Of a stretch of 64,000 nt of DNA, positions 10,005 to 20,084 are shown piece after piece. Position numbers and translations under genes: made by a program. Under the pieces are notes generated by a model. The model searched no databases. It saw only the letters and a program-made list of their open reading frames with translations, and was not told the DNA's origin. The DNA is taken from positions 1,664,001 through 1,728,000 of the forward strand of contig OZ241993.1 in the NCBI GenBank assembly GCA_965204575.1, written 5' to 3'. Source of the stretch: an uncultured candidatus Porisulfidus sp. Its GTDB lineage: Bacteria; Pseudomonadota; Gammaproteobacteria; Poriferisulfidales; Poriferisulfidaceae. Numbering within the stretch: the stretch's first letter is position 1; each line of letters begins with the position of its first letter.

Positions 10005-11889
10005 CCCCGATCTCCGAGCTAGGGCGATTTTGGGGGATTTTTTCCGTTTGGGGTTGCCCACCAAGAGATTTTCGAGCCGAAGAGGGTGATGTGGTCGGGT
10101 TTTGTGTCCAACCGCTGGGGGCTGAGGATGATTTTTGACGCTTCGGCGCCCTGTCGCGCAGGGCTCCGCTCGCCGCTCAGGCGGCCCGTGCCAGGGTCGC
10201 AGCCGAACCGGTCGTCACGAAGTGTCGTAGGCCAGGAACCCGGCCATTCGGTCCAGCGCCTGCCGGACCCGCTGCACATGAGCCGTCTGGAACACCAGCC
10301 GCCGGTTGCGGGCATGCCGCACCACCTTGGCCACCAGGTGGACCCAGCACAGGCGCACCTGCTTCATCCGGGTCCACAGCCAGTCGCGTCCGAACGCGGC
10401 ATGCCGCAGCAGCGCGTTGACGTTGGCCGACAGCACCGCCAGCTGCCACCAGGCGGCGTTCGCCCCGAACTTCCCCGACGGCATCATGCCGCCGGCCAGG
10501 TCCTGCTTGAGCACGGCGTGCACCTCTTCGCCATGCCCGCAGCGCTCGTGCGCGAAGCGCACCACCTCCGAGGCGGTCATCCCCAGGCCCGCCCCCTCCC
10601 CGGAGCGCCCCGGATACGGCAGGTTGGTCAGATAGACCCGGTAGCGGTACGCCGGACGCCCGGACCTCGCCGGCGTCTCGTCCGGGTTCACCCCCAACAC
10701 GCCCGGCAAGACACGCCGGGTGCCGACATGGCGCAGCAGCTGCCCCCGGGACTGCCGCGCGCCCCACGGCGAGACATAATCCAGGTCGGCGCATTCCAGT
10801 TCCGGCTCCGAGGCCCGCACCGGCTCCCACCACTGCTCCGGCGTCGCCCCCACGGCCTCGCGTAGTTCTTCTCTCTGCGGCGCGCCGACCACGAAGCCGA
10901 TCACGCCGAAGCGGCGCAATGCCGCCGGGCGCGAAGCCGGCACGTTGCAGAAGCGGATCAGCCGGTTCTGGCAACCCGCCCCGTCCGAACGCAGCCACAC
11001 CCGCCGCACCTCCGGCGGCAGCCCCGACAGCACCCGCTGGAGCATCTCCAGGTTGCCCACCGAGGCCGGCACGTTGCCGTCGCGGAACTGGCTCGCCAGC
11101 ACCATGCCCAACTCCGGGCAGAACATCGACAGCGGCTGGTAGCCCCGCTCGCCCGGAACCTCGCCGGTCGAACTGCGGTAGGTCGGCTGCGCCTCGCGCT
11201 TGCCCGAGGCCAGCACCGTCGCATCCAGGTCCAGGGTCAACTCGTCCAGCCCCAGGCGCCGGATCAGGCCCCGCGCCAGCCGCCGGTTGACCGCCTCGAC
11301 CAGTTGCAGGGCCGCCGCCGGCTCCGGCACCACCGCCGCGCCCTTCACGCGCGCCGCACCGGCCGCCGCATCATGGAAACGCCGCAGCCAGTCATGCACC
11401 GCATTGGCGGACGGGAAGGTGCGCCCGCGCCCCCCGCGGAAGCGCGCCGCCAGCCCCGCCGGCATCACCCCCAGAAGCTCCGGTTCGTAGTCGCGCACCA
11501 GTCGGCACAGGCTGCGGTCCGCCTCCAGCGCGTCCACGTCCGAGACCCGCTCGTGACCGATCACGTTGAGCAGCAGCACGGTCAGCATCATCTGGCCGTC
11601 GCGCCAGCCCTGCGCCCCGGCCACCTGCACCGGAAGGGTCCGAAACGCCCCGCTGCGGCGCAGCAGCTCCAGCCACAGCACGGCCCCGCCACAGGCGCTG
11701 GTTCGGCTTAACTTGGGGTCGCCCCCAATGGCGACCAAAGGGGAAAAGTTCGACATATAATGAGACTCCCGGTTGGTTGTTCCCGGTTCACCCAATGGGT
11801 GAAACTTTTGCACCACCGATTTTAACCGTTTCACTCGGTTAAATAAGCGCCAACCGGGACCTCGCTCTCATTTAGCTCGGATATCGGGG
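10005..11889 (-). mobile_element. IS1380-family insertion sequence, 1885 bp
   Basis: 17-bp TIRs CCCCGAT(C/A)TCCGAGCTA with one mismatch at 10005-10021 and 11873-11889; flanking direct repeat GTATAG at 9999-10004 and 11890-11895; single transposase. Confidence 0.92.
10215..11756 (-). CDS. IS1380-family DDE transposase
   Basis: LDLDAT, GYQPL, FRDGN, LRSDG and E..HAVLKQDL..PSGKFGANAAW motifs; likely start MSNFSP at 11756 (ORF open to 11834). Confidence 0.88.
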   Translation of the reverse strand: MSNFSPLVAIGGDPKLSRTSACGGAVLWLELLRRSGAFRTLPVQVAGAQGWRDGQMMLTVLLLNVIGHERVSDVDALEADRSLCRLVRDYEPELLGVMPAGLAARFRGGRGRTFPSANAVHDWLRRFHDAAAGAARVKGAAVVPEPAAALQLVEAVNRRLARGLIRRLGLDELTLDLDATVLASGKREAQPTYRSSTGEVPGERGYQPLSMFCPELGMVLASQFRDGNVPASVGNLEMLQRVLSGLPPEVRRVWLRSDGAGCQNRLIRFCNVPASRPAALRRFGVIGFVVGAPQREELREAVGATPEQWWEPVRASEPELECADLDYVSPWGARQSRGQLLRHVGTRRVLPGVLGVNPDETPARSGRPAYRYRVYLTNLPYPGRSGEGAGLGMTASEVVRFAHERCGHGEEVHAVLKQDLAGGMMPSGKFGANAAWWQLAVLSANVNALLRHAAFGRDWLWTRMKQVRLCWVHLVAKVVRHARNRRLVFQTAHVQRVRQALDRMAGFLAYDTS

Positions 11890-11950
11890 GTATAGCCGCC
11901 AAGCCTATATTTATGCTAAATTGACCCATTCAATTTTCTGGAAGTTTTCC

Positions 11951-12988
11951 ATGTTCCGACGTCTTCTCAGCGACGACATGTCCATCGACCTGGGCACCGC
12001 CAATACCCTCGTCTACGTGCCCGGAGAAGGAATCGTCCTGGACGAGCCTTCGGTGGTGGCGATCCGCAAGTATTCGGACCTGAACAAACCGCAGGTCGAG
12101 GCCGTCGGCATCGAGGCCAAGCGCATGATCGGCCGGACGCCCGCCAACATCGAGGTGGTGCGGCCCCTGCGCGACGGCGTGGTCGCCGACTTCGCGACCG
12201 CCGAGAAGATGTTGCAGTATTTCATTCGAAAGGCAAGTCAACGACGGCTGTTCTCCATCGGGCCGCGGGTTCTGATCTGCGTGCCCTGCGGCGCCACCCA
12301 GGTGGAACGCCGGGCGATCCGGGCCGCCGCGGAAGCGGCCGGCGCGCGCAAGGTCTACCTGTACGAGGAGCCGCTGCTCGCCGCGCTGGGCGCGGGGTTG
12401 AGCATCGAGGAGCCCTGCGGCCACTTCATCCTGGACATCGGCGGCGGCACGTCGGAGGTCGCGGTGCTGTCGCTCAACGACATCGTCTATGCCGACTCCT
12501 CCCGAACCGGCGGCGACCACTTCAACCAGAGCGTCATCGAGTACGTGCGGCGCAACTGCGGGCTGTTGATCGGCGAAACCACCGCGGAGACGATCAAGCA
12601 CACCATCGGCAGCGCCTACCGCCCGCAGACGGTGGAAGAAATGGAAGTGCGGGGCCGCGACCTGTCCGACGGCACGCCGCGCAGCATCACCGTCAACAGC
12701 AACGAGATCAACGACGCCCTGCAGGAGCCGCTGCAGATCGTCCTGAACAAGGTTCGTTCGGTTCTGGAGCAGACCCCACCGGACCTGGCTTCGGACATCA
12801 TGGCGCGCGGCATCGTCGTCACCGGCGGCGGCGCCATGCTGCGGGGCATCGACGAATTGCTGGTGCAGGAGATCAAGGTCTCCGTGATCATCGCCAACGA
12901 ACCCTTGTACTGCGTCGCACGCGGCGGCGGCAAGGTCCTGGAGGAAAACATCAAACTTCAGCAGGATTCGCAAGCCTTTTTCGGGTAA
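11951..12988 (+). CDS. mreB: Rod shape-determining protein MreB
   Basis: [21 protein letters not shown] actin-fold motifs. Confidence 0.97.
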   Translation: MFRRLLSDDMSIDLGTANTLVYVPGEGIVLDEPSVVAIRKYSDLNKPQVEAVGIEAKRMIGRTPANIEVVRPLRDGVVADFATAEKMLQYFIRKASQRRLFSIGPRVLICVPCGATQVERRAIRAAAEAAGARKVYLYEEPLLAALGAGLSIEEPCGHFILDIGGGTSEVAVLSLNDIVYADSSRTGGDHFNQSVIEYVRRNCGLLIGETTAETIKHTIGSAYRPQTVEEMEVRGRDLSDGTPRSITVNSNEINDALQEPLQIVLNKVRSVLEQTPPDLASDIMARGIVVTGGGAMLRGIDELLVQEIKVSVIIANEPLYCVARGGGKVLEENIKLQQDSQAFFG

Positions 12989-13038
12989 CCGGCCGCAATC
13001 CGCTGGAACGGCTGAGCCTTTCCTGAGTCAGACCCCGT

Positions 13039-13857
13039 ATGCTTTGGCGTAAACTGACCGGCAGCCTGATCCTGGCAATCGCATTGATCAGCGTCGACTA
13101 CCGCTATGCGGTGGTCGACCGCGCCGCCCCCCTGCTCAACCTGATCATCCAGCCGATCCTGGTTGCCGTAAGCCTGCCCCAGCGGCTTGTCGATTCGGTC
13201 TATACCCACTACCAGGGCGTCGAGACGCTGGCCGAAGAGAACCGGAAACTCCGCCAGCAACTGCTGGAGAACGTCTTCTCGTCGCGAACCCTCGAGGCGC
13301 TGCGAGACGAGAACCGCCGCCTGCGGACGCTCGCGCAACTGGACATCCAAGAGCGTTCGAAGCAGGCACTGGTTGCGGTCATCACGAAGAGCAACACGAA
13401 CGCATTCCGCCAGACCATCACCATCAATCGCGGCACCCGAAACGGCACCTACGTGGGCCAGCCGGTATTGGATGGGCGCGGTGTCGTCGGCCAGATCTCC
13501 AACACCAGCCTGTTCCAGTCCACCGTCTTGCTGGTTACCGACGTCAGCCACGCCCTGATGGTGCGCAATGCGCGGACCGACGACCGCTACCTGGCGCACG
13601 GAAACGGACAGGGGCTGACCCTCAAGTTCGTCCCGCGCCACAACGACCTCAAGCCCGGCGACATCCTGCTGACCTCGGGCCTCGACGACACCTACCCCGA
13701 GCAATACCTGGTCGGAAAGGTCACGCAGATCACCACCCAGCCCGGCCGGGATTTCCTGGAAGCGGACGTCCAGGCCGGGGCACAACTGCACCGGAACCGG
13801 GAAGTCCTGCTGGTCTGGAACCGGGAGGCTCCCGAGGAAATCGCCGATGCGGATTGA
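13039..13857 (+). CDS. mreC: Rod shape-determining protein MreC
   Basis: N-terminal TM, coiled coil (ENRRLR), INRG, LLTSGL. Confidence 0.93.
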   Translation: MLWRKLTGSLILAIALISVDYRYAVVDRAAPLLNLIIQPILVAVSLPQRLVDSVYTHYQGVETLAEENRKLRQQLLENVFSSRTLEALRDENRRLRTLAQLDIQERSKQALVAVITKSNTNAFRQTITINRGTRNGTYVGQPVLDGRGVVGQISNTSLFQSTVLLVTDVSHALMVRNARTDDRYLAHGNGQGLTLKFVPRHNDLKPGDILLTSGLDDTYPEQYLVGKVTQITTQPGRDFLEADVQAGAQLHRNREVLLVWNREAPEEIADAD

Positions 13858-14332
13858 ACGATGGCGGCTCTACCAGGCCCTGAGCCTGATCGCGGCGGCC
13901 GCCCTGTCGGCCTGGCCGCTGCCGGAATGGCTCGCGCCGTGGCAGCCGCACTGGATCGCGATGGTGATGATCTTCTGGGTCATCGCCCAGACCGGGAAAG
14001 CCGGCTTCGGAATGGCCTGGGTGGCGGGCCTGGCCAGCGACCTCATCGTCGGCAACTGGGTCGGCATTCACATCGTCAGTTATTCCATCATCGTGTATCT
14101 ATGCGCCCGGTTCTACCGGACGCTGCAGTTCTCCGGCTCCGTGAAGACCAGCCTCCCGCTCGGCCTGCTGCTGGCGCTGCACCTGGGCTACCTTCACCTG
14201 CTCTCGATCTTTCTCTCCAACGTCGACCCCGGCCTGATATTCTGGGCCAACCTGCCGACCAGCATGGTCGCTTGGCCGATCCTGTACTTTCTGCTGATGA
14301 AGATTCCGGCGGGAGAACCTGGGTTGACCTGA
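13847..14332 (+). CDS. mreD: Rod shape-determining protein MreD
   Basis: Hydrophobic 161 aa with AWVAGLASD; follows mreC. Confidence 0.9.
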   Translation: MRIERWRLYQALSLIAAAALSAWPLPEWLAPWQPHWIAMVMIFWVIAQTGKAGFGMAWVAGLASDLIVGNWVGIHIVSYSIIVYLCARFYRTLQFSGSVKTSLPLGLLLALHLGYLHLLSIFLSNVDPGLIFWANLPTSMVAWPILYFLLMKIPAGEPGLT

Positions 14333-14357
14333 GTTCGAGGTCAGGGGCGTCTTCCCG

Positions 14358-14954
14358 TTACCGGTGACGTTCCAGCCAGCGCGTCACCGCTTCCCGTTGC
14401 AGCGACGGACCCATCGGCTCCAGTAGTTTTTGGGCTCGCCGGAACGCGGTCCGGGCCGAATTCTTCTCCCCCAGCAGCACGTAGACGTTGCCGAGTTCGC
14501 CCACCAGGTCCGGGTGCTTCGGCCAGCGGTTCGTCAGCTCCAGGTAGGCCTGTTCGGCGCCCGCCAGATCCCGCTGTCGCAGTAATTGCCGGGCCCGGCT
14601 CCACGATTCGTAGAGCCTTTCCGCTTCCAGGTCGCGGGGTTGAGGCTGGGGCGGTTCCGGGGCCGCCTCCGGCTGCGGAGCCTCCGCCTCCGCTGCCCGC
14701 ACAGGCTCGGACGGAACATCCGGTTCTTCCTCCTGGGGCGCGGCCGGCACGGGTTTGACCCCGCTTTCCTCTTCCGGCTGGTCGATCACGTCCCGAAGCG
14801 AGGGCAACTCCTCGGGCTCGAACAACGGTTCCGTCTCCAGGTCCGGGAACCAGGTAACATTCGGGCTCATCCGCCATCCGAGCAACAGCAGCGTAATCAC
14901 GATGATGACGACGGCCAGATGGCTGGCGAGGCGGGAGTTCCAGCCGAACTTCAT
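14358..14954 (-). CDS. Membrane-anchored protein with acidic Pro-rich linker and C-terminal TPR-like domain
   Basis: N-terminal TM; AEQAYLEL..WPKHPDLVGELGNVY..LGE..SARTAFRRA TPR pattern. Confidence 0.7.
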   Translation of the reverse strand: MKFGWNSRLASHLAVVIIVITLLLLGWRMSPNVTWFPDLETEPLFEPEELPSLRDVIDQPEEESGVKPVPAAPQEEEPDVPSEPVRAAEAEAPQPEAAPEPPQPQPRDLEAERLYESWSRARQLLRQRDLAGAEQAYLELTNRWPKHPDLVGELGNVYVLLGEKNSARTAFRRAQKLLEPMGPSLQREAVTRWLERHR

Positions 14955-15316
14955 GGTGCCTCCTGCCTCTTTTCCGGGGTCAAGCGCATCTGAATCGTAA
15001 TTGCATCCATGATGATTCCGGGTGCCTCCTGCCTCATTTCAGGGGTCAAGCGCATCCGCAGCAAAGGATAGACATACGGCATGTCGACCAGGATGTCCGG
15101 GGAATACAGGCTCAAGGGGTCGGAGGGAAGCGCAAGGGGCTCTTCTTCCGGCGGAACAGGCGGCTCAGGCGAAAGCTCCTCTCCAGCTGATACCGGCGCA
15201 TCATTCGATGTCGCTTGAACCGGGTCATCTGTGGCTGGATCCTGCGCTTGCACCTGTCCCGGAACGCTCACGCCGACGAGCAGGGAAAACAGTAAAAAGG
15301 CCTGAAAAATAGGCAT
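14951..15316 (-). CDS. Secreted hypothetical protein with duplicated C-terminal motif
   Basis: Signal peptide MPIFQAFLLFSLLVGVSVPGQVQAQ; stop overlaps the next ATG. Confidence 0.55.
   Translation of the reverse strand: MPIFQAFLLFSLLVGVSVPGQVQAQDPATDDPVQATSNDAPVSAGEELSPEPPVPPEEEPLALPSDPLSLYSPDILVDMPYVYPLLRMRLTPEMRQEAPGIIMDAITIQMRLTPEKRQEAP
14955..15056. repeat. Two 36-bp direct repeats, period 66 bp
   Basis: GGTGCCTCCTGCCTC(T/A)TTTC(C/A)GGGGTCAAGCGCATC at 14955-14990 and 15021-15056. Confidence 0.85.
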
Positions 15317-15371
15317 TTCTTGAGGACCGGGGATAATTTCGCAACCGGAACACATTATACTGTTCCCCCCC

Positions 15372-16484
15372 ATGAGAAGGATGCTAGTACCGAGTTGGAC
15401 ATGGGTCGCCCGGCAGGACACCCTTTTGAAATTCATTGATTCCATCAAGGAAGCGCCGTGGCTTGCGCTGGACACGGAATTCCTGCGCATCAATACCTAC
15501 TACCCGAAACTCTGCCTGATGCAGGTTTCGGACGGCACTCAGCATGCCCTGATCGACGCGCAAGCCGGGCTCGACCTGTCCGGCTTCATCGCATTGCTGC
15601 GTGAATCCGACAGAATCAGCGTCCTGCACGCCTGTCTTCAGGATATCGAGATCATGTACCATGATTTCGACCTGATTCCCAAAAACCTGTTCGACACCCA
15701 GATCGCCTGGGGCTTGCTCGGGCGCGACTTCCAGGTCAGTTATGCCGCCATGGTGGAGGAAACACTGGGAATCGCGCTGGACAAATCCCAGGTGCGCAGC
15801 TGGTGGGACCGCCGACCGCTCAAGCCTGCCCAACTCCAGTACGCGCTGCGCGACGTCGTGTATCTCGGCCCCATCTACCAACAACTGTCGGAAGATCTGG
15901 AAGCCAAGGGACGAACGGCCTGGCTCCAGGAGGAACTGGAACGAAACCTGACCCCTTCCGCCCTGATCCCCGACTCAAGCCATGTGTGGAAACGAGTCAA
16001 AATCCCCAACAGCGAAATCCCCGACGACCGGCTGCACGTGCTGCAAGGGCTGGCGCGTTGGCGCGAACTGGTCGCCCGGCGCCAAGACCAGGCTCGGGGC
16101 CGGGTGGCCTCGGACGATATCTTGGTGGCTCTCGCCTGCGCGACTCCCGAGGACCGGGAGGATTTCGAACAGATTGTGGCCGGCAGGGTCTCCTGGAAGC
16201 TGCACGAAAGACTGTGGAAGGCGCTCCAAGAAGCCCACCGCCGCCCTCCCATTCAGCGGAAGCTCATGGACCGGAACGAACGCATGGAAATGCGCAGGAG
16301 AATCCGGATCCTGGCTGGCGTTGCCCGCAAGGTTGCCGAGGAAATCGGAGTCTCGCCGGAACTGCTCGCACCCCGTGCCATGCTGGAGGATCTCGTGCGG
16401 CAGAACCCGGACCCGGTCCTGCTCCAAGGCTGGCGCGGCAAGACGGTCGGCCCGGCCTTGACCCAAGCTCTCGATGCCCTCTGA
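15372..16484 (+). CDS. rnd: Ribonuclease D
   Basis: ALDTEF, LFDTQIA, YALRDV exonuclease motifs; HRDC region; C-terminal LLQGWR. Confidence 0.92.
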   Translation: MRRMLVPSWTWVARQDTLLKFIDSIKEAPWLALDTEFLRINTYYPKLCLMQVSDGTQHALIDAQAGLDLSGFIALLRESDRISVLHACLQDIEIMYHDFDLIPKNLFDTQIAWGLLGRDFQVSYAAMVEETLGIALDKSQVRSWWDRRPLKPAQLQYALRDVVYLGPIYQQLSEDLEAKGRTAWLQEELERNLTPSALIPDSSHVWKRVKIPNSEIPDDRLHVLQGLARWRELVARRQDQARGRVASDDILVALACATPEDREDFEQIVAGRVSWKLHERLWKALQEAHRRPPIQRKLMDRNERMEMRRRIRILAGVARKVAEEIGVSPELLAPRAMLEDLVRQNPDPVLLQGWRGKTVGPALTQALDAL

Positions 16485-16944
16485 ACCGGCGGCGGGCACG
16501 CCGGTTTCCCTTTTCGAGAAGGCTCGAGAAGCCGTCTCGGACCGGAGCGTGCTGCTGATCTGCGATCTCCCGTGCACCCCCGCACTGCGGTGGATCACCA
16601 TGACGCTATCGAGCACCGAGATCTTGGCGGCACCCAACCCGGAATCACGCTACGACTGCGGGCTGATCCTGACCCCGTGGGTGGAACCGAAGCAACTGGA
16701 TGCCGTCATCGCGCACCTGCGCGACTTCCTGTCGCTGGAGCTGTACGTCCTGCATCCCGGTGACGCCATGGAGCAGACCCGGCGGATGGGCGCGCTGGGA
16801 TTGCGCTGCATGGAGATTCTCGACATCAGCGGACAGCCTTGGGGGCTGAACCATTTCAGCCTGAAGACTTACAAGAAAACGCCGAATTGGCTGAACAGCC
16901 GCTTCTGGGCCAACCCTCAACTCTGGAACAAATTCCGCTGGTAG
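16474..16944 (+). CDS. Conserved hypothetical protein (DUF6231-like)
   Basis: C-terminal YKKTPNWLNSRFWANPQLWNKFRW. Confidence 0.7.
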   Translation: MPSEPAAGTPVSLFEKAREAVSDRSVLLICDLPCTPALRWITMTLSSTEILAAPNPESRYDCGLILTPWVEPKQLDAVIAHLRDFLSLELYVLHPGDAMEQTRRMGALGLRCMEILDISGQPWGLNHFSLKTYKKTPNWLNSRFWANPQLWNKFRW

Positions 16945-16951
16945 GCCAGGC

Positions 16952-17704
16952 TCAACCCTGGTCGTGCACGTTGCACAGGGCCTGAACCCCCGGCGGCAAG
17001 GTGTCGGGACAACGCCCGCACAATTCGTTGGCCGGAACCGAGAAATCGATCTTCTTCGGGTACGGCAGGTCCAGTTCGCCCATCAGTTTCACGAAATCCT
17101 CCTCGCTCCGGTTGTCCTTGAGGCGGGGGTTGCGCGCCTTTTCCTGACCGACGGTGGATACGAAACGTCCATCATAGTCGTGCGCCGGATAGACCAGGGT
17201 GTCGTTCGGGCGGGAGAAGAACTTGTCCTGGATCGAGCGGTACAGCGTGGCAGCGTCCCCCATCTGGAAGTCGGTCCGCCCGCAGGCGTCGATCAGCAGC
17301 GCATCGCCGGTGAACAGCCAGTCGCCGCTCGGGGAGTGGAACAGGAAGGCATGATGGGTGTCGGTATGCCCCGGCGTGAACAGCGGATGAATCTCCAGGG
17401 TTCCGACGCGGAATGCTTCGCCCTCGCGGACGCCGATATCCCGGCACGACAGGTCGTCCATCGCGGCGCCGGCGATCTTGCAGTCGGTGATGGCCTTGAG
17501 CTTGAAAGCCCCGCTCACGTGATCGGCGTGAACGTGCGTCTCCAGGGTATAGGTGAGTTTCAGGCCCATCTCGTGCATGACTTCAAGGTCACGGTTCGCC
17601 GTCTCCAACACCGGATCAATGAGCACGGTCTCGCCAGTCTGCGGGCAGCCGAGCAGATAGGTGTACGTGAACGATTCCGGTTCGAAGAGTTGCCTGAAAA
17701 TCAT
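16952..17704 (-). CDS. Persulfide dioxygenase (ETHE1-like MBL-fold protein)
   Basis: MIFRQLFE, ETHVHADH, TPGHT, GCGRTDF-like ACGRTDFQ, YPAHDY, NPRL. Confidence 0.9.
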   Translation of the reverse strand: MIFRQLFEPESFTYTYLLGCPQTGETVLIDPVLETANRDLEVMHEMGLKLTYTLETHVHADHVSGAFKLKAITDCKIAGAAMDDLSCRDIGVREGEAFRVGTLEIHPLFTPGHTDTHHAFLFHSPSGDWLFTGDALLIDACGRTDFQMGDAATLYRSIQDKFFSRPNDTLVYPAHDYDGRFVSTVGQEKARNPRLKDNRSEEDFVKLMGELDLPYPKKIDFSVPANELCGRCPDTLPPGVQALCNVHDQG

Positions 17705-17825
17705 GGCGAATCCGTTCCTTGCGTGAATTCCCCGGGCTTTACCTTAGACAGGAAGCCTCGAAAAAATTCCTCGGTTTCTGATGCGGGCATTTTAGCGTAT
17801 GGCGGCACAGTCGAATAAATTATGG

Positions 17826-18902
17826 CTATACAACCTTCGGCCTTTTAGACCAGCGAATTTCCTCGCCAGTTTCGGCATCTATTAATCCGTCTATGGTTGG
17901 AGGATTGTCCTCTGGTTCTGCTATGGCAAAAGCAATATGCCTTTGCGTCAAACCTTCTGCCAAAATACCATCTTTGTGGAAGATGGCCCCCGCAAGGTTT
18001 GCGCCATTAAAATAAGTTTTATGATCAAAAATTGCACCAGCCAAATTTGCACCAGCCAAATTCGCATTCATCATGAATGCGCCCGAAAAATCAGCTAGAT
18101 GTGCATTTTCGACGTAGGATAGGTTTGTGCCTAATAGTGTAGCTTCCATCAAATTCGCGCCCGAAAGGTTTGCCTTCACCAATTTCGCGCCAAAAAAATC
18201 TGCATCGGAGAGAACTGCTTTACCAAGATAGGCACCAGATAAATCTGCGCCTGCAAATGAGACTCTCGACAAATTCATCCCATAGAGGGTTTGGTTTTTA
18301 AGATCAGCGTTGCGCAAATCTGCTCGATATTTTGCCTGTTGTTCTACGGCAATTTGCATCTGATTTCGGTTGCCAATCGCCTCCATAGCAGCGTGCACAT
18401 CTTCGTTATCCTTCGATGTCGGGTTCCGCACAAACGCACACAAAAGTTGCATCACCTGGATGTGGTACTTTTCCGGACACTCCGATGCAAGGCGGCTCAA
18501 CGCATAGATACCACCAAGACGAACTGTAAGAACAGTGCTCCCCAGCATCTCAGCACCCTTCTGATAGCGTTCGTTTAACAGTCCATGTTCTGCTGTGTTA
18601 GCCTGTCTCTCAGCTACCCGACTACGCCACAAAGCTAATGGAAGACCAATTACTGCCAGAACGGTGAGAGCAAGATTACGAAGGATTGCGCCACCAGATT
18701 CCTCGCCAATCAACCAAATCCAGTTCTCTATAGCAAGCCAACCTCCTACTAGAAATACAACTACGAGCCATGTCAAAACCCAGAACCATGTGGATTTGAT
18801 CCAATAGAAAGTGGGGCGAAAACGATTCGAAAAGTTGAAAAATTTTATACACAGTTCTCTAGCACGATTTATCCAAGCGTCCAACTTTTTAAACATCGCC
18901 AT
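17826..18902 (-). CDS. Membrane-anchored pentapeptide-repeat protein
   Basis: Two N-terminal TMs, VRLGGIYALSRLA motif, A(D/N)LxG pentapeptide repeats. Confidence 0.85.
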   Translation of the reverse strand: MAMFKKLDAWINRARELCIKFFNFSNRFRPTFYWIKSTWFWVLTWLVVVFLVGGWLAIENWIWLIGEESGGAILRNLALTVLAVIGLPLALWRSRVAERQANTAEHGLLNERYQKGAEMLGSTVLTVRLGGIYALSRLASECPEKYHIQVMQLLCAFVRNPTSKDNEDVHAAMEAIGNRNQMQIAVEQQAKYRADLRNADLKNQTLYGMNLSRVSFAGADLSGAYLGKAVLSDADFFGAKLVKANLSGANLMEATLLGTNLSYVENAHLADFSGAFMMNANLAGANLAGAIFDHKTYFNGANLAGAIFHKDGILAEGLTQRHIAFAIAEPEDNPPTIDGLIDAETGEEIRWSKRPKVV

Positions 18903-18916
18903 CTTCCCAACAGTAA

Positions 18917-20080
18917 TCAGCCAATTACGAGGTCGCCGCACCAAAGACTCCGAATGAAGGTTTTTACGGGAAGAATCTCAATGCCATCATCCGTGCGCCA
19001 TGCCCGTGATTCGAGACAGACGACCATACGCCGACTAATGTCTGGATGGTCTTCCGCCAAACTACGCAGTCCTCGCAGATGGGCTGGTGAGATTTTCGGG
19101 CTCGCCTTGGCTTCAATTGCAATTCGCATGTCACCAAGCACAAAATCCACTTCTGTTCCACTCGCAAGCCTCCAATAGGACAATTTTTCATACGACTCTC
19201 GGTAGGCACGAAAAGCACATAGTTCGTGGAAAACCCAGTTTTCAAAAGCTTTTCCGTAAAGGCCTGAGCCTGGGAGTATGTCTCCCCTACGCGCCAACCG
19301 ATTGACAATGCCTACATCGGAGAAATAGAACTTCGGCGCTCGGATCACCCGCCGTTTCTGCCGCTTGCGGTAAGCCGGCAACCAGCGACCAAGCAATGTG
19401 TCCTCCAAAATCCCGAAGTAGGCTTTTGCCGTATGGCTCGATACACCGCAGTCGCTGGCAATATTCGAGAAATTGATAATCTCCCCGTCGCAGAGAGCTG
19501 CTGCATCAAGAAACCCAGAGAAACTCGGCAGGTTTCGAACCAGGCCCTCCGCCGCCACTTCTTCTTTCAGGTAATCCGCTACGTATGCTTTCAACAATTT
19601 TTCAGGCTGCTTGGCCTCATACATCCGTGGCAAATAACCACGGTTGAGCATCCGAGTCAAATCAAAATCCTTTCCAATCTCGTCCGCTGTCAGGCCATGC
19701 AACTCATACCGAACTGCCCTTCCACCGAGAAGGTTGGCAGCCCCACGCCTTACCTTGCGGGCACTTGACCCGCACAGAGCAAAACGTAGCCCCCGGTTCT
19801 CAATCATCCAGTGCACTTCGTCGAGCAGAGCGGGAACTTTCTGGATCTCGTCAATCACGATCTGGGTCCCACCTCCAGACAACCCTTCCGTCTCGATTTC
19901 CTGGCGTAAACGTTCGGGTCGGTCGCCATAGTGCCGAAATTCGTCTGACTTCAGCAAATCGACCCATCGGCTCTTCGGGTAGTGTTGGCGCAATAGTGTG
20001 CTCTTGCCCGTCTGGCGTGGCCCCCACAGGAAGAAGGTTTCAACTCCTGGGGCTGGAAGTTCCAAGTTTCTTTTGAACAT
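18917..20080 (-). CDS. AAA_14 ATPase with DUF4143 C-terminal domain
   Basis: GPRQTGKS, IDEIQK, CGSSA, PKFYFSDVG, EVDFV..IEAK. Confidence 0.88.
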   Translation of the reverse strand: MFKRNLELPAPGVETFFLWGPRQTGKSTLLRQHYPKSRWVDLLKSDEFRHYGDRPERLRQEIETEGLSGGGTQIVIDEIQKVPALLDEVHWMIENRGLRFALCGSSARKVRRGAANLLGGRAVRYELHGLTADEIGKDFDLTRMLNRGYLPRMYEAKQPEKLLKAYVADYLKEEVAAEGLVRNLPSFSGFLDAAALCDGEIINFSNIASDCGVSSHTAKAYFGILEDTLLGRWLPAYRKRQKRRVIRAPKFYFSDVGIVNRLARRGDILPGSGLYGKAFENWVFHELCAFRAYRESYEKLSYWRLASGTEVDFVLGDMRIAIEAKASPKISPAHLRGLRSLAEDHPDISRRMVVCLESRAWRTDDGIEILPVKTFIRSLWCGDLVIG

Positions 20081-20084
20081 GCAC

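Noticed and set aside
14333-14357. Absence of mrdA/rodA or maf after mreD
   Set aside because: These genes are often unlinked, and one window cannot show loss
14955-15056. 36-bp repeat with a 30-bp spacer, resembling type II CRISPR geometry
   Set aside because: Only two imperfect copies, in frame within a coding region, with no cas genes or leader
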